Source: Alphaproteobacteria bacterium (GTDB lineage: Bacteria > Pseudomonadota > Alphaproteobacteria > UBA2966). From it: a DNA stretch of 64,000 bases. Below the pieces are notes generated by a model, which made no database searches, was not told the DNA's origin, and saw nothing but the letters and a program-made list of their open reading frames with translations. Each line of letters opens with the position of its first letter. Within the stretch, counting starts at the first letter, position 1. Made by a program: the position numbers and the translations under genes. The stretch lies in assembly GCA_964291395.2 (NCBI GenBank), contig OZ219856.1, positions 1,632,001-1,696,000 of the forward strand, read 5' to 3'. Of the stretch, positions 30,255-38,468 are shown one piece after another.

Positions 30255-30716
30255 ATGGCGAAGTCCGAGCGGTCGAAAAAAGCCAAGGCCCTTGGCATCA
30301 ATCACCTCGTGCTCGAGGTCGGGGACTTGGACGAGGCGCTTGAGTTCTACGGCGCCATCTTCGACTTCACGCTGCGGGCCCGGTCCGAGACGGCGGCCTT
30401 CATCGACCTCGGCGACCAGTTCCTGCAACTGAGCCGGAACCGCGCCACCGAGCCGGACGACAAGCGGCATTTCGGACTCGTGGTCGACGATCGCGAACCG
30501 GTTCGCGCGGCGTTGGCGGCGCTCGGCGTCGAACTGCTCGGGCGCGGGCTCAACTTCCGGGATCCCTGGGGCAACCGGGTCGAGGTCGTGCCCTACGACG
30601 ACGTCCAGTTCACCAAGGCGCCCCACGTGCTGCGCGGCATGGGCGCCGACGGCCTCGAGAAGACCCCCGACGCCATCGCACAACTCGCCGGGAAGGGCAT
30701 GGCGCCCGACGGCTAG
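30255..30716 (+). CDS. VOC family protein
   Basis: GINHLVLEVGDLDEALEFY, HFGLVVDD, DPWGNRVEVV. Confidence 0.9.
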   Translation: MAKSERSKKAKALGINHLVLEVGDLDEALEFYGAIFDFTLRARSETAAFIDLGDQFLQLSRNRATEPDDKRHFGLVVDDREPVRAALAALGVELLGRGLNFRDPWGNRVEVVPYDDVQFTKAPHVLRGMGADGLEKTPDAIAQLAGKGMAPDG

Positions 30717-31585
30717 ACGTTCGACGCCATCTCGGCGACCTTCACGAACGCCGAGAAATCCTCGGGACCCATGCCCGCGGCCATTCCCATGCTGGCCGCC
30801 TGCTTGGCGGCGGCACCGGCGGGCATGCCGACTCCCAGGCTGTCGGCGAAGACGAGCGCTAGTCCCATGTCCTTGTTCATGTTGGCGAGCGAGAAGCGGG
30901 CCGCGAAATCCCGCGCCTTGATCGTCGGTGCCTTGCTGTCGAGGAAGAAGTTCTGCCCGCCGCCGTAGGAGATGGCGGTGATCATATCGTCGAAATCGAG
31001 TCCCGCCTTCCTGCCGAGCACGATCATTTCGGAAACCGCCTGGGCGATGGTGGCGGTCATCAGGTTGTGACAGAGCTTCATGGCCATGGCTCGGCCGACA
31101 TCCCCCATGCGGATGATGTTCTTGCCCATGCACTGGATGACGGGCATGGCCTTTTCGCAGGTCTCGGGGGCGCCGCCCAGGTAGATGCCGAGCTCGCCGG
31201 CGATCGCGGCGGGCTGGCTCAGGACCACGGGCGCCTCCATCAGGTCGCCGCCGGCCGCGCGCACGACTTCGGCCATTTCGACGCAGACGCCGGGCGTGAT
31301 GGTGCTCATGATGACGATGGTGCCGTTGGGCCGGAGACCCTCCAGCAAGCCGTTCTCGCCCGTGATCACCTCGCGAACCTGCTGGTCGTTCACCACCATC
31401 AGCACCGTCACATCGGCGGCCGACGCCACGTCCGCCGGGCGCTGTTTGATCGAGGCCCCGTCTTCCTGGAGACGCTGTAAGGGCTCCACGTCGATGTCGT
31501 AGACGGCGAGCTCGTGCCCCTTCTTGACGATGTTGCGCGCCATGTGCTCGCCCATGGTCCCGCAGCCGACGAATCCAACCTGCAT
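30713..31585 (-). CDS. NAD(P)-dependent beta-hydroxyacid dehydrogenase (HIBADH/GarR family)
   Basis: VGCGTMG, EAPV, MKLCHN, F.LANMNKD. Confidence 0.9.
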   Translation of the reverse strand: MQVGFVGCGTMGEHMARNIVKKGHELAVYDIDVEPLQRLQEDGASIKQRPADVASAADVTVLMVVNDQQVREVITGENGLLEGLRPNGTIVIMSTITPGVCVEMAEVVRAAGGDLMEAPVVLSQPAAIAGELGIYLGGAPETCEKAMPVIQCMGKNIIRMGDVGRAMAMKLCHNLMTATIAQAVSEMIVLGRKAGLDFDDMITAISYGGGQNFFLDSKAPTIKARDFAARFSLANMNKDMGLALVFADSLGVGMPAGAAAKQAASMGMAAGMGPEDFSAFVKVAEMASNV

Positions 31586-31606
31586 ACGATCTCCTCCCTA
31601 TCAAGA

Positions 31607-31642
31607 AAATGGTGCCAGACCCGACACCGGTGTCTGACACCA
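31607..31642. repeat. 36-bp palindromic dispersed repeat, copy A
   Basis: AAATGGTGCCAGA-13 nt-TCTGACACCA; same architecture as 59949-59984. Confidence 0.6.
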
Positions 31643-31668
31643 ATATGTCCCGGAATGTAATTCAGGCG

Positions 31669-33066
31669 CTACGACGCAAGCTTGACCCCCTGCCCCGCCA
31701 GCATCCGTTCGGTGTCTTCGAGAGCCCTGGAGAAGCAGTCCATCATGTCGTCGATCTGCGACTCGGTGATGATGAGCGGCGGGCAGAACGCAACCGAGTC
31801 GCCCGCCGGCAGGGCCCGCAGGATGAGGCCGTGCTCGTAGGCGCGGGCGTTGGCGAAGGCGGCCACCTTGAGCGACGGGTCGAACGGCTCCCTGGTCTTC
31901 TTGTCGGCCACGAACTCGATGGCGCCGATCAATCCGACGCCGCGCGCCTCGCCGACCAGCGGGTGATCCTCGAAGGACCGCAGTTTCTCTTGGAAATGTG
32001 GCGCGACGCTTGCCACATAGGCGAAGGTATCCCGCTCCTCGTAGATCTTCTGTGTCTCCAGGGCGACGGCCGCGCAGGCGGGATGTCCCGTATAGGTGAA
32101 GCCGTGTCCGAACAGTCCGATCTCGGAGCTCTGCCGGCGCAGACCCTGATAGATCTTCTCGTTGAACATCACCGCGGCGATGGGCAGGTATCCCGCCGAG
32201 ATCGCCTTGGCCATGGTGACCATGTCGGGGTTCAGATCGTAGGTCTGCGATCCCCACATGTTGCCGGTGCGGCCGAATCCGCAGATCACTTCGTCCGCGA
32301 TGAAGAGGATGTCGTACTTCTTCAAGAGCGGCTGCACCTTGTCGAAGTAGGTCGCGGGCGGCGGAACGACGCCGCCAGCGCCCATCACGGGTTCGGCTAT
32401 GAACGCCGCGACGGTCTCCGGCCCCTCCTCGAGGATCTGCTTCTCGAGATTGTCCACCATGCGCGTGGCGAACTCCTCTTCCGACTCCCCCTCTTCGCCG
32501 AAGCGGTAGTAGTGCGGGCAATCCGTCTGCATGAGGTTGGGAATGGGCACGTCGAAGCCCGCCTGCACCGCCTTCAGTCCGGTGAGACTGGACGACGCCA
32601 CGGTGACGCCGTGATAGCCGTTGCGCCGCGAGATGATCTTCTTCTTTTCCGGCTTGCCGATCGCGTTGTGGTAGTACCAGACGATCTTGATCGCGGTATC
32701 CACCGCCTCCGACCCCGAGCAGGTGAAGAAGATCTTCGACATGGGCGCCGGGGCGTTCCCGATGATCCGCTCGGCGAGCTCGATGGCGGGGCCCGTCGAG
32801 CGGTGGGAAAACGTGTGATAGACGGGCAATTCCGTCATCTGCGCCGCCGCGGCCTTGACGAGGCGCTCCTCCGAGAACCCCAGAGAAGCGTACCAGAGGC
32901 CTGCCAGACCCTCTATGAACTTCTTGCCGTCGTCGTCGTAAACGTAGATGCCGTCGCCGCGCTGGATGATCTGCGGGCCCGAATCCTCATGCGCCGAAGG
33001 GTCGGTGTAGGGGTGCATGACATAGGCGATGTCTTTGGTCGCCGGTGAATTCGGTCGGACGGCCAT
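31669..33066 (-). CDS. Class III aminotransferase (omega-amino acid/putrescine-pyruvate type)
   Basis: GLAGLW, SGSEA, GYHG, EPVMGAGG, DEVICGFGRTG, MAKA, HGFTY. Confidence 0.95.
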   Translation of the reverse strand: MAVRPNSPATKDIAYVMHPYTDPSAHEDSGPQIIQRGDGIYVYDDDGKKFIEGLAGLWYASLGFSEERLVKAAAAQMTELPVYHTFSHRSTGPAIELAERIIGNAPAPMSKIFFTCSGSEAVDTAIKIVWYYHNAIGKPEKKKIISRRNGYHGVTVASSSLTGLKAVQAGFDVPIPNLMQTDCPHYYRFGEEGESEEEFATRMVDNLEKQILEEGPETVAAFIAEPVMGAGGVVPPPATYFDKVQPLLKKYDILFIADEVICGFGRTGNMWGSQTYDLNPDMVTMAKAISAGYLPIAAVMFNEKIYQGLRRQSSEIGLFGHGFTYTGHPACAAVALETQKIYEERDTFAYVASVAPHFQEKLRSFEDHPLVGEARGVGLIGAIEFVADKKTREPFDPSLKVAAFANARAYEHGLILRALPAGDSVAFCPPLIITESQIDDMMDCFSRALEDTERMLAGQGVKLAS

Positions 33067-33107
33067 GATCGGGACTCCTTGATTTGCCTTCGGGGCGCGC
33101 GCCGGAA

Positions 33108-33211
33108 CCGAATGGCGGGGCGTCGCTGCGCGGGATCGGCAAAACGCTATCGTCGGCGCAAGAAAGAAAGCCCCGAATGGCGGGGTGTCGCTGCGCGGAT
33201 CGGCAAAACGC
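33108..33211. repeat. About 40-bp direct repeat, two copies (33108-33147, 33173-33211)
   Basis: CCGAATGGCGGGGYGTCGCTGCGCGG(G)ATCGGCAAAACGC twice, period 65. Confidence 0.9.
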
Positions 33212-33286
33212 AAGAAATGCCGAACGATCCGGCCGGCGTCGGCGACGGCGTGCGGCGGGGCCGGGCCCGCGTTCGCGCACCGGCCC

Positions 33287-34846
33287 TCAGTCCTCCCGGG
33301 TGATCCGCCCCTCTATCGCCGGCGAGACCACGCCGGCCGCGATGACGTGGTCTATCAACTGCCCGGCCATCAGGCCGCCGGACGTGGAGTCGATCAGCAC
33401 CTCGCCCGACCGGAACACGGCATAGCCGTCTCCCCCGCGCGCCAGGAAGTCGTTGGTCGCGAGCGTGTACGTCCTGCCGGCGTCCAGCGCCGCGCCGCCG
33501 ACCGTGACCCCGGTGACGCGCGAGCCGGCCGGCCTCCGAGCGTCGAACGAGAAAGCGAGGCCCGAGACATGCGGAAACCGCGCTGTGCCTCGCCCCGACT
33601 GATCGAACCGGCTGAACTGACGGACGCCGTTCTCCAGCGCCTGCCTGAGCTGGGCGCCCGTGAGGCGCAGCTTCACCGTCCTGTTGCCGAACGGCAGCTC
33701 GGTCAGCAACAGCTTTCGGGTGATCTTGGTGCCCGGCGGGTACGTCGTATCGCCCCGGATGCCTCCGCCATTGGTCAACGCGACGTCGCTTCCCGTGGCC
33801 GCCCGCATGGCGTCGGCCAACAGGTTGCCGAACGCGGTTTCTCCCGAACGCACCGAACCACGTCGGGTATCGATCTCCGTCGCGCTTTCGCCGATCACGG
33901 CCCCCAGGTCCCGGTCTAGACGTTCCTGGTAGCGCCTGACCTCGGCGGCGATCGCGGCATCCCCCGCGACACCGGACGTCGAACGGAGACGGTAGCTCGG
34001 ACTCCAGACCGTCTTCGACACCCCCGCGCGGCTCTTTCTGCGGTCGATCTCGAGGTCGAGGACGCCGACATGACGCCCCTGGGACCCGGCTTTCATGACG
34101 GCCTGACGGCCGTCGTACCAGGCGATCAGCAGATGATCGTGACCGCCGAGCACGATGTCGATCTCCTTCACCGCCTCCAGCAACGCCAGATCGTCGGCAA
34201 GCCCGCTATGGGTCAGCGCGACGACCAGATCCGCGCCCGCCTCCTTCAGTTCCCTCGCCAGGGCGGCACCCGCCTCGGCGATGGGCGCGAACGACACGTC
34301 CTCGCCCGGACTCGAGATCTCGGCGGTTTCCGGCGTGAGCAGGCCGAGGAAACCGATCTTGTAGCCGTCCCTCTCCACCATCATCGTGGCGCGGGTTCCG
34401 GGGAAGCCGGCCTCGCCTCTGTAACGGACGTTGCCCGCCAGCCAGGTGATGCCGGATTCCGACAGCCGTTCCCGCAAGACGTCCGGACCGAAGTCGAATT
34501 CGTGGTTCCCGAGGACCGCGACGTCGAATCCGATGGCGTCGGCCAGGGCGATCATGTGCGCGCCCTTGTCGATCCCCGACAGCAGGGAAGGCGAAATCAT
34601 GTCGCCGCCGAAGGTGACGATGGCGGAACCTCCTCCGGACTCCGCCCGGGCGCGTTCCTCAGACACCACCGCGGCGATCCTCGCGGCGCCGCCCCGGCCG
34701 TCTCTGCCGGCCATCCGGTCCCAGTCGTTCACGTGAACGATCGTCAGGGAGGCCGGCTCGGCCATGCCGGAGAGCGGCACGACGCCCAGGGCGACGAAGA
34801 TCGCCGTCGCGATCGACAGGTTCCTCAAGCTGCGGCCTCCGTGCAT
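33287..34846 (-). CDS. Bifunctional metallophosphatase/5'-nucleotidase, secreted
   Basis: Signal peptide, HVND, GGD, GNHEFDFG, GGHDH, NGGGIR, LPFGN. Confidence 0.93.
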   Translation of the reverse strand: MHGGRSLRNLSIATAIFVALGVVPLSGMAEPASLTIVHVNDWDRMAGRDGRGGAARIAAVVSEERARAESGGGSAIVTFGGDMISPSLLSGIDKGAHMIALADAIGFDVAVLGNHEFDFGPDVLRERLSESGITWLAGNVRYRGEAGFPGTRATMMVERDGYKIGFLGLLTPETAEISSPGEDVSFAPIAEAGAALARELKEAGADLVVALTHSGLADDLALLEAVKEIDIVLGGHDHLLIAWYDGRQAVMKAGSQGRHVGVLDLEIDRRKSRAGVSKTVWSPSYRLRSTSGVAGDAAIAAEVRRYQERLDRDLGAVIGESATEIDTRRGSVRSGETAFGNLLADAMRAATGSDVALTNGGGIRGDTTYPPGTKITRKLLLTELPFGNRTVKLRLTGAQLRQALENGVRQFSRFDQSGRGTARFPHVSGLAFSFDARRPAGSRVTGVTVGGAALDAGRTYTLATNDFLARGGDGYAVFRSGEVLIDSTSGGLMAGQLIDHVIAAGVVSPAIEGRITRED

Positions 34847-35041
34847 GCGTCGCTCCCCGTCTCCCGAGGTTCGATGCCGTTTTCCGTTTCATGGCCCGCG
34901 ATGCCAGGAAACGGCACGGCGGATCGGCCATCATACGGGCCGGGCGAGGCGGATGGGAGAGGCCGGAGCGCTGGACACCGCGCCGCCGCGGCGTCAGGTT
35001 TGTCGCCGAGAACAGGGGCAGCCGCAGGAAGCCTTCCCGCC

Positions 35042-36034
35042 ATGATCAAGATCGGTTTCACCCTCATCAACCACTTCACGCCCGGCACCGACGTCAATCA
35101 CGAGCTTCCGCTGATGCTGGAGCAGGTTCGCGCGGCCCGGGACTCGGGCCTTCATTCGCTCTGGCTCGGCCAGCATTTCCTCATGGGGGACGTACCCTAT
35201 TTCGCGTACACGCCCCTGATGGCGCGGTTGATTCCCGAGGCCGGAGACATGATGGTCGGGCCGTGCATTCAGCTTCTGCCTCTCTACAACCCCGTCGCCG
35301 TCGCGGAAGAGGCGGCCACGCTCGACGTCCTGTCCGGCGGCCGTTACGTGCTCGGCGTGGGCCTCGGTTACCGGCCGGAAGAATGCGACGCCTTCGGGAT
35401 CGGCTGGAGGGAACGCGCCGGACGCCTGTCGGAGGGTGTCGAGGTCATCCGCAGGCTCTGGTCCGAGGAGACGATCGACCACGACGGCCGTTTCTACACG
35501 ATCGCCGGACAAGGGACGAGCCTGAAACCCGTCCAGAAACCCGGACCGCCCATCTGGGTGGCCGCGGTCGCGGAGCCCGCGATCAGGCGGGCGGCCCGCA
35601 TCGGCGACGGCTGGGTCATCCTCGTCACGGTGTCCTTCGAGGAGCTCAGGGATCAAATCCCCATGTATCTGGAGGCCGTTCGGGACTCCGGCAAACCCGC
35701 TCCGCCCGACATACCGATCACGCGCGAGATTCACATCGCCGAACGGCACGCCGACGCGTGGGGCGAATGCCGCGACGGCCTCGCCCGCAAATACGGCATC
35801 TACGCCTCGCTCGGCCTCAACTCGTCGGAAGGCGCCGGCGGTTCCCTGGAAGACTTCGCCCGGGACCGTTTCTTCATCGGGGACAAGGAGTCCGTCAAGG
35901 ACGAGATTCTGCGTTACAACGAGGAGCTCGGCGTGACTCACTTCATCACGCGGATTCAGTGGCCCGGCCACGATCACGGGACGACGATGAAATGCCTGCG
36001 CCGGCTGGGGGAGATCGCGGCCGAGATCAACTGA
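35042..36034 (+). CDS. LLM class flavin-dependent oxidoreductase
   Basis: LYNPVAVAEEAATLDVLSGGR, GLGYR, PVQKPGPPIW, RAARIGDGW. Confidence 0.93.
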   Translation: MIKIGFTLINHFTPGTDVNHELPLMLEQVRAARDSGLHSLWLGQHFLMGDVPYFAYTPLMARLIPEAGDMMVGPCIQLLPLYNPVAVAEEAATLDVLSGGRYVLGVGLGYRPEECDAFGIGWRERAGRLSEGVEVIRRLWSEETIDHDGRFYTIAGQGTSLKPVQKPGPPIWVAAVAEPAIRRAARIGDGWVILVTVSFEELRDQIPMYLEAVRDSGKPAPPDIPITREIHIAERHADAWGECRDGLARKYGIYASLGLNSSEGAGGSLEDFARDRFFIGDKESVKDEILRYNEELGVTHFITRIQWPGHDHGTTMKCLRRLGEIAAEIN

Positions 36035-36075
36035 CGCCGAGCGCGCTCCCGACGGGAATCTGGTGGGAGGAACCA

Positions 36076-36498
36076 ATGACCGTACCCTTTGAAGGCGGCT
36101 GCCTGTGCGGCGCCGTCCGCTACCGCGTCACCATGGAACCGCTCGGAGTGGTGATCTGCCATTGCACGAACTGTCAGAAACAGACGGCGTCAGACCGTTC
36201 TCCCGTCATGTGGGTTCCCGCCGAGGGTCTCGAGTTCATCGAGGGAGAAACCCGGACCCTGCGCGTCCAGGGAGCGACGGGCAACATGCAAAGCCGCCAT
36301 TTCTGCGGCGACTGTGGTTCGCCGATCATGACGCAACCCGACGCCCGCCCCGAAATTCGAACGATCAAGGCGGGCACCATCGACGACCCGAGCTGGCTCG
36401 AGCCGTCCGCCCATATCTGGGTCGCGAGCGCCCCGCCCTACGCCCTCATCGACGACGAGCTGCCGCAGCATCCCGGCAACCCGCCGAGCATCGGCTGA
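36076..36498 (+). CDS. GFA/CENP-V family protein
   Basis: GGCLCGAVRY, CHCTNCQK, FCGDCGS. Confidence 0.93.
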   Translation: MTVPFEGGCLCGAVRYRVTMEPLGVVICHCTNCQKQTASDRSPVMWVPAEGLEFIEGETRTLRVQGATGNMQSRHFCGDCGSPIMTQPDARPEIRTIKAGTIDDPSWLEPSAHIWVASAPPYALIDDELPQHPGNPPSIG

Positions 36499-36530
36499 GG
36501 CTTGCGCGCCGACGCGCGCCCGCCGGGCAC

Positions 36531-36549
36531 ATGGTCCATGTTGGACCAT
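36531..36549. promoter_or_regulatory. Inverted-repeat operator of a Phd/YefM-type TA promoter
   Basis: ATGGTCCA-TGT-TGGACCAT, just upstream of SD GGAGG. Confidence 0.6.
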
Positions 36550-36570
36550 ACTTGCTCGCTTGGAGGAGAC

Positions 36571-36636
36571 ATGGCCGGTCGTCATGCCGAACCCCGCCGG
36601 GTGTGGACCGTCTCTCAGGCCAAGGCGCGCCTGTCC
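36571..36636 (+). pseudogene. Truncated Phd/YefM antitoxin (N-terminal fragment)
   Basis: MAGRHAEPRRVWTVSQAKARLS matches the Phd W-T-V-x-[EQ]-A-K-A-x-L-S start, then homology stops. Confidence 0.7.
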
Positions 36637-36737
36637 GGGGGCTATCCTTGGAACCCCTGTGGCCATGCTTGGCACGACAAAATTTCTTACTGGCATTTGC
36701 CAAACGATGGTTCGGCGCGGATTTCCGAGTCAGCCTC
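36637..36737. mobile_element. MITE-like / IS-end remnant (about 100 bp)
   Basis: Imperfect terminal IRs GGGGCTATCCTTGGAA / (rc) GAGGCTGACTCGGAA; AT-richer interior; begins where Phd breaks off. Confidence 0.4.
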
Positions 36738-36744
36738 ACTAACC

Positions 36745-37002
36745 CTACCGTCGGTAGGCGTCGCGCCGGTGCGCGACGCGAACCGCCAGAACCACAAGTT
36801 CATCGTCCCGGATTTCGTACACGACGCGGTAGTCCCCTACCCGGATCCGCCGCAGACCCCGCAGGTCGCCCTTCAGCGCGGCACCGAGATGAGGAGTCTC
36901 GGCCAGCCGGTCAATGGCGGAAACGATGCGCGTGCGCTCCGGCCTGGCCACGCGCCTCAGCTCCTTGGCTGCGCTCTCCTTAATCCGTATCGAGAAGCTC
37001 AC
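36745..37002 (-). CDS. relE: RelE/ParE family toxin
   Basis: SAAKELRR, LKGDLRGLRRIRVGDYRVVYEI, VAHRRDAY. Confidence 0.92.
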   Translation of the reverse strand: MSFSIRIKESAAKELRRVARPERTRIVSAIDRLAETPHLGAALKGDLRGLRRIRVGDYRVVYEIRDDELVVLAVRVAHRRDAYRR

Positions 37003-37204
37003 GTCGGACCTCGTCCCAGTCCAGCACCGGATCCGTGGGATCGCGGAGCCGGTCGATGGCGACGGAGAGATCGTCGAAGTCCTCGAGATAGTGCTCGACG
37101 GCGAGGCGGATGACGTCCGCCCGGCTGCGCCGGAGCTGTTGCGCGGCCGTATCCAGCGCATCGACCACCGGGTCCGGCAATCGCGCTGTCACTTGTTGGG
37201 GCAT
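36980..37204 (-). CDS. Ribbon-helix-helix antitoxin (RelB-like)
   Basis: VTARLPD..V..LD..A..LRRSRADVIRLAVEHYLEDFDD; overlaps the toxin start. Confidence 0.88.
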   Translation of the reverse strand: MPQQVTARLPDPVVDALDTAAQQLRRSRADVIRLAVEHYLEDFDDLSVAIDRLRDPTDPVLDWDEVRRELLDTD

Positions 37205-37470
37205 GGTAGTTCCAGCCTGGGTAGAAGTGAGTGACATTAATCTACTTCACTCCAAAACGTGCTGGCAAGCTCGCTCCATCTTGTGATCGGCGCCATGCGA
37301 AACATCCGCGCCGGTGTCACTCGCTATGGCGAGTAGTCCGTCGTCTTGTCAACGCCCGGCTCAGGAAATCGGTGTACCCATGCACGAATCTTGCGACCGA
37401 ACCTGTGGTACGCAGGTCCCGTGGAAAACACCCGAGGAAATTTCCGAGATGTCGTGGCAGCGTGCGAAGG

Positions 37471-38226
37471 TCAGTGCGAGAACCGCTTCATGCCGCCGTC
37501 GACGTACATCACCGAGCCCGAGATCATGCGGGCCTTGGGCGAGGCGACGAAGGCGACGAGATTGCCGATATCCTCGGGATCGCCGAACTCGCCCGCCGGA
37601 ATGTGCTGTGCCGCGAAGGCGAGTTCGTCCTCCACCGTCGGGTACCCGCGCTCGTTCTGCTCCGAATGGATGCGCCCGGGGACGATGCAGTTCGACGTCA
37701 CCCCGTCCTTGGAATGCTCGCGCGACAGGCCCTTCGACCAGGCCTGCACGGCCGCCTTGGCGCACGTGGCCGCGTTGATCCCGAAAGGCTCCATGGTTCC
37801 CGTGATGTTGATGACGCGGCCGTACTTGCGCTCGATCATGCCCGGGACGAATTGATCCGAGACGCGCCGGACCGCCCCCCAGTTCAGGTTCATGGTATCG
37901 ATCCACACCCGTTCCTCGGTGCCGACCGGCGCCGGAACGGCGAAGCCCGCGTTGTTCACCAGGATGTCGAGCCGGCCGTATGCGTCGTCGACGGCCCTCT
38001 TGAGGTTCGCTGCCGCGTCGTCGGTCATGATGTCCTGCATGATCACCAGCGGCCGCGGATGGCCGGCCGCCTCGATCTCGTCGGCGACTCCGTCGAGAAG
38101 CTCTTCCCGCCTGGCGGTGATGGCCATCCGGCATCCCTCCGACGCCAGCACCTTCGCCGTGCCTTCTCCGATGCCGACGCTCGCGCCCGTGACGAGCGCC
38201 ACCCGATCCTTCAGTTGCAGGTCCAT
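37471..38226 (-). CDS. SDR family oxidoreductase (atypical, AxxxK)
   Basis: TGASVGIG, NNAG, PGRIHS, VDGG. Confidence 0.9.
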   Translation of the reverse strand: MDLQLKDRVALVTGASVGIGEGTAKVLASEGCRMAITARREELLDGVADEIEAAGHPRPLVIMQDIMTDDAAANLKRAVDDAYGRLDILVNNAGFAVPAPVGTEERVWIDTMNLNWGAVRRVSDQFVPGMIERKYGRVINITGTMEPFGINAATCAKAAVQAWSKGLSREHSKDGVTSNCIVPGRIHSEQNERGYPTVEDELAFAAQHIPAGEFGDPEDIGNLVAFVASPKARMISGSVMYVDGGMKRFSH

Positions 38227-38324
38227 CTGATGTCTCTCCCTTCGTTTCGCGCCGTCTCGCGGCGAGGCTCCCGTCAAGAGTCCCGGCGGTGCCGGCGACC
38301 CATCGGTCCGTGTGTCGGTTGGGG

Positions 38325-38429
38325 AAAAGGGGTGCTTCCTCGTGACGAACGTTCAGCTTCGAGAAGGAGCACCCCCGTGCCGCGGTCTGTGACGACCGGG
38401 AGTTTACCAACGGCCTTCGAGGCCGTGAA
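38325..38429 (-). ncRNA. Candidate small RNA or attenuator leader (promoter + long hairpin + U-tract)
   Basis: TTCACG-17-TAAACT, then GGGGTGCTCCTT...AGGAAGCACCCC-TTTT. Confidence 0.4.
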
Positions 38430-38468
38430 GGCGAGGCGGCACGCGTCGGACGATCGAAACGGGCACCC

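Noticed and set aside
28221-31643. 1140-aa minus-strand ORF and other long overlapping ORFs (e.g. 51239-53491, 37231-39201, 38484-40532)
   Set aside because: Shadow frames over clearly recognisable genes; typical of high-GC DNA and lacking family motifs.
33108-33211. Possible mini-CRISPR array
   Set aside because: Only two imperfect copies, no cas genes, no leader.
38329-38376. TPP riboswitch (GGGGTGC...GCTGA)
   Set aside because: Lacks CTGAGA and the AACCTGAT...GCG.AGG core; no thiamine genes downstream.
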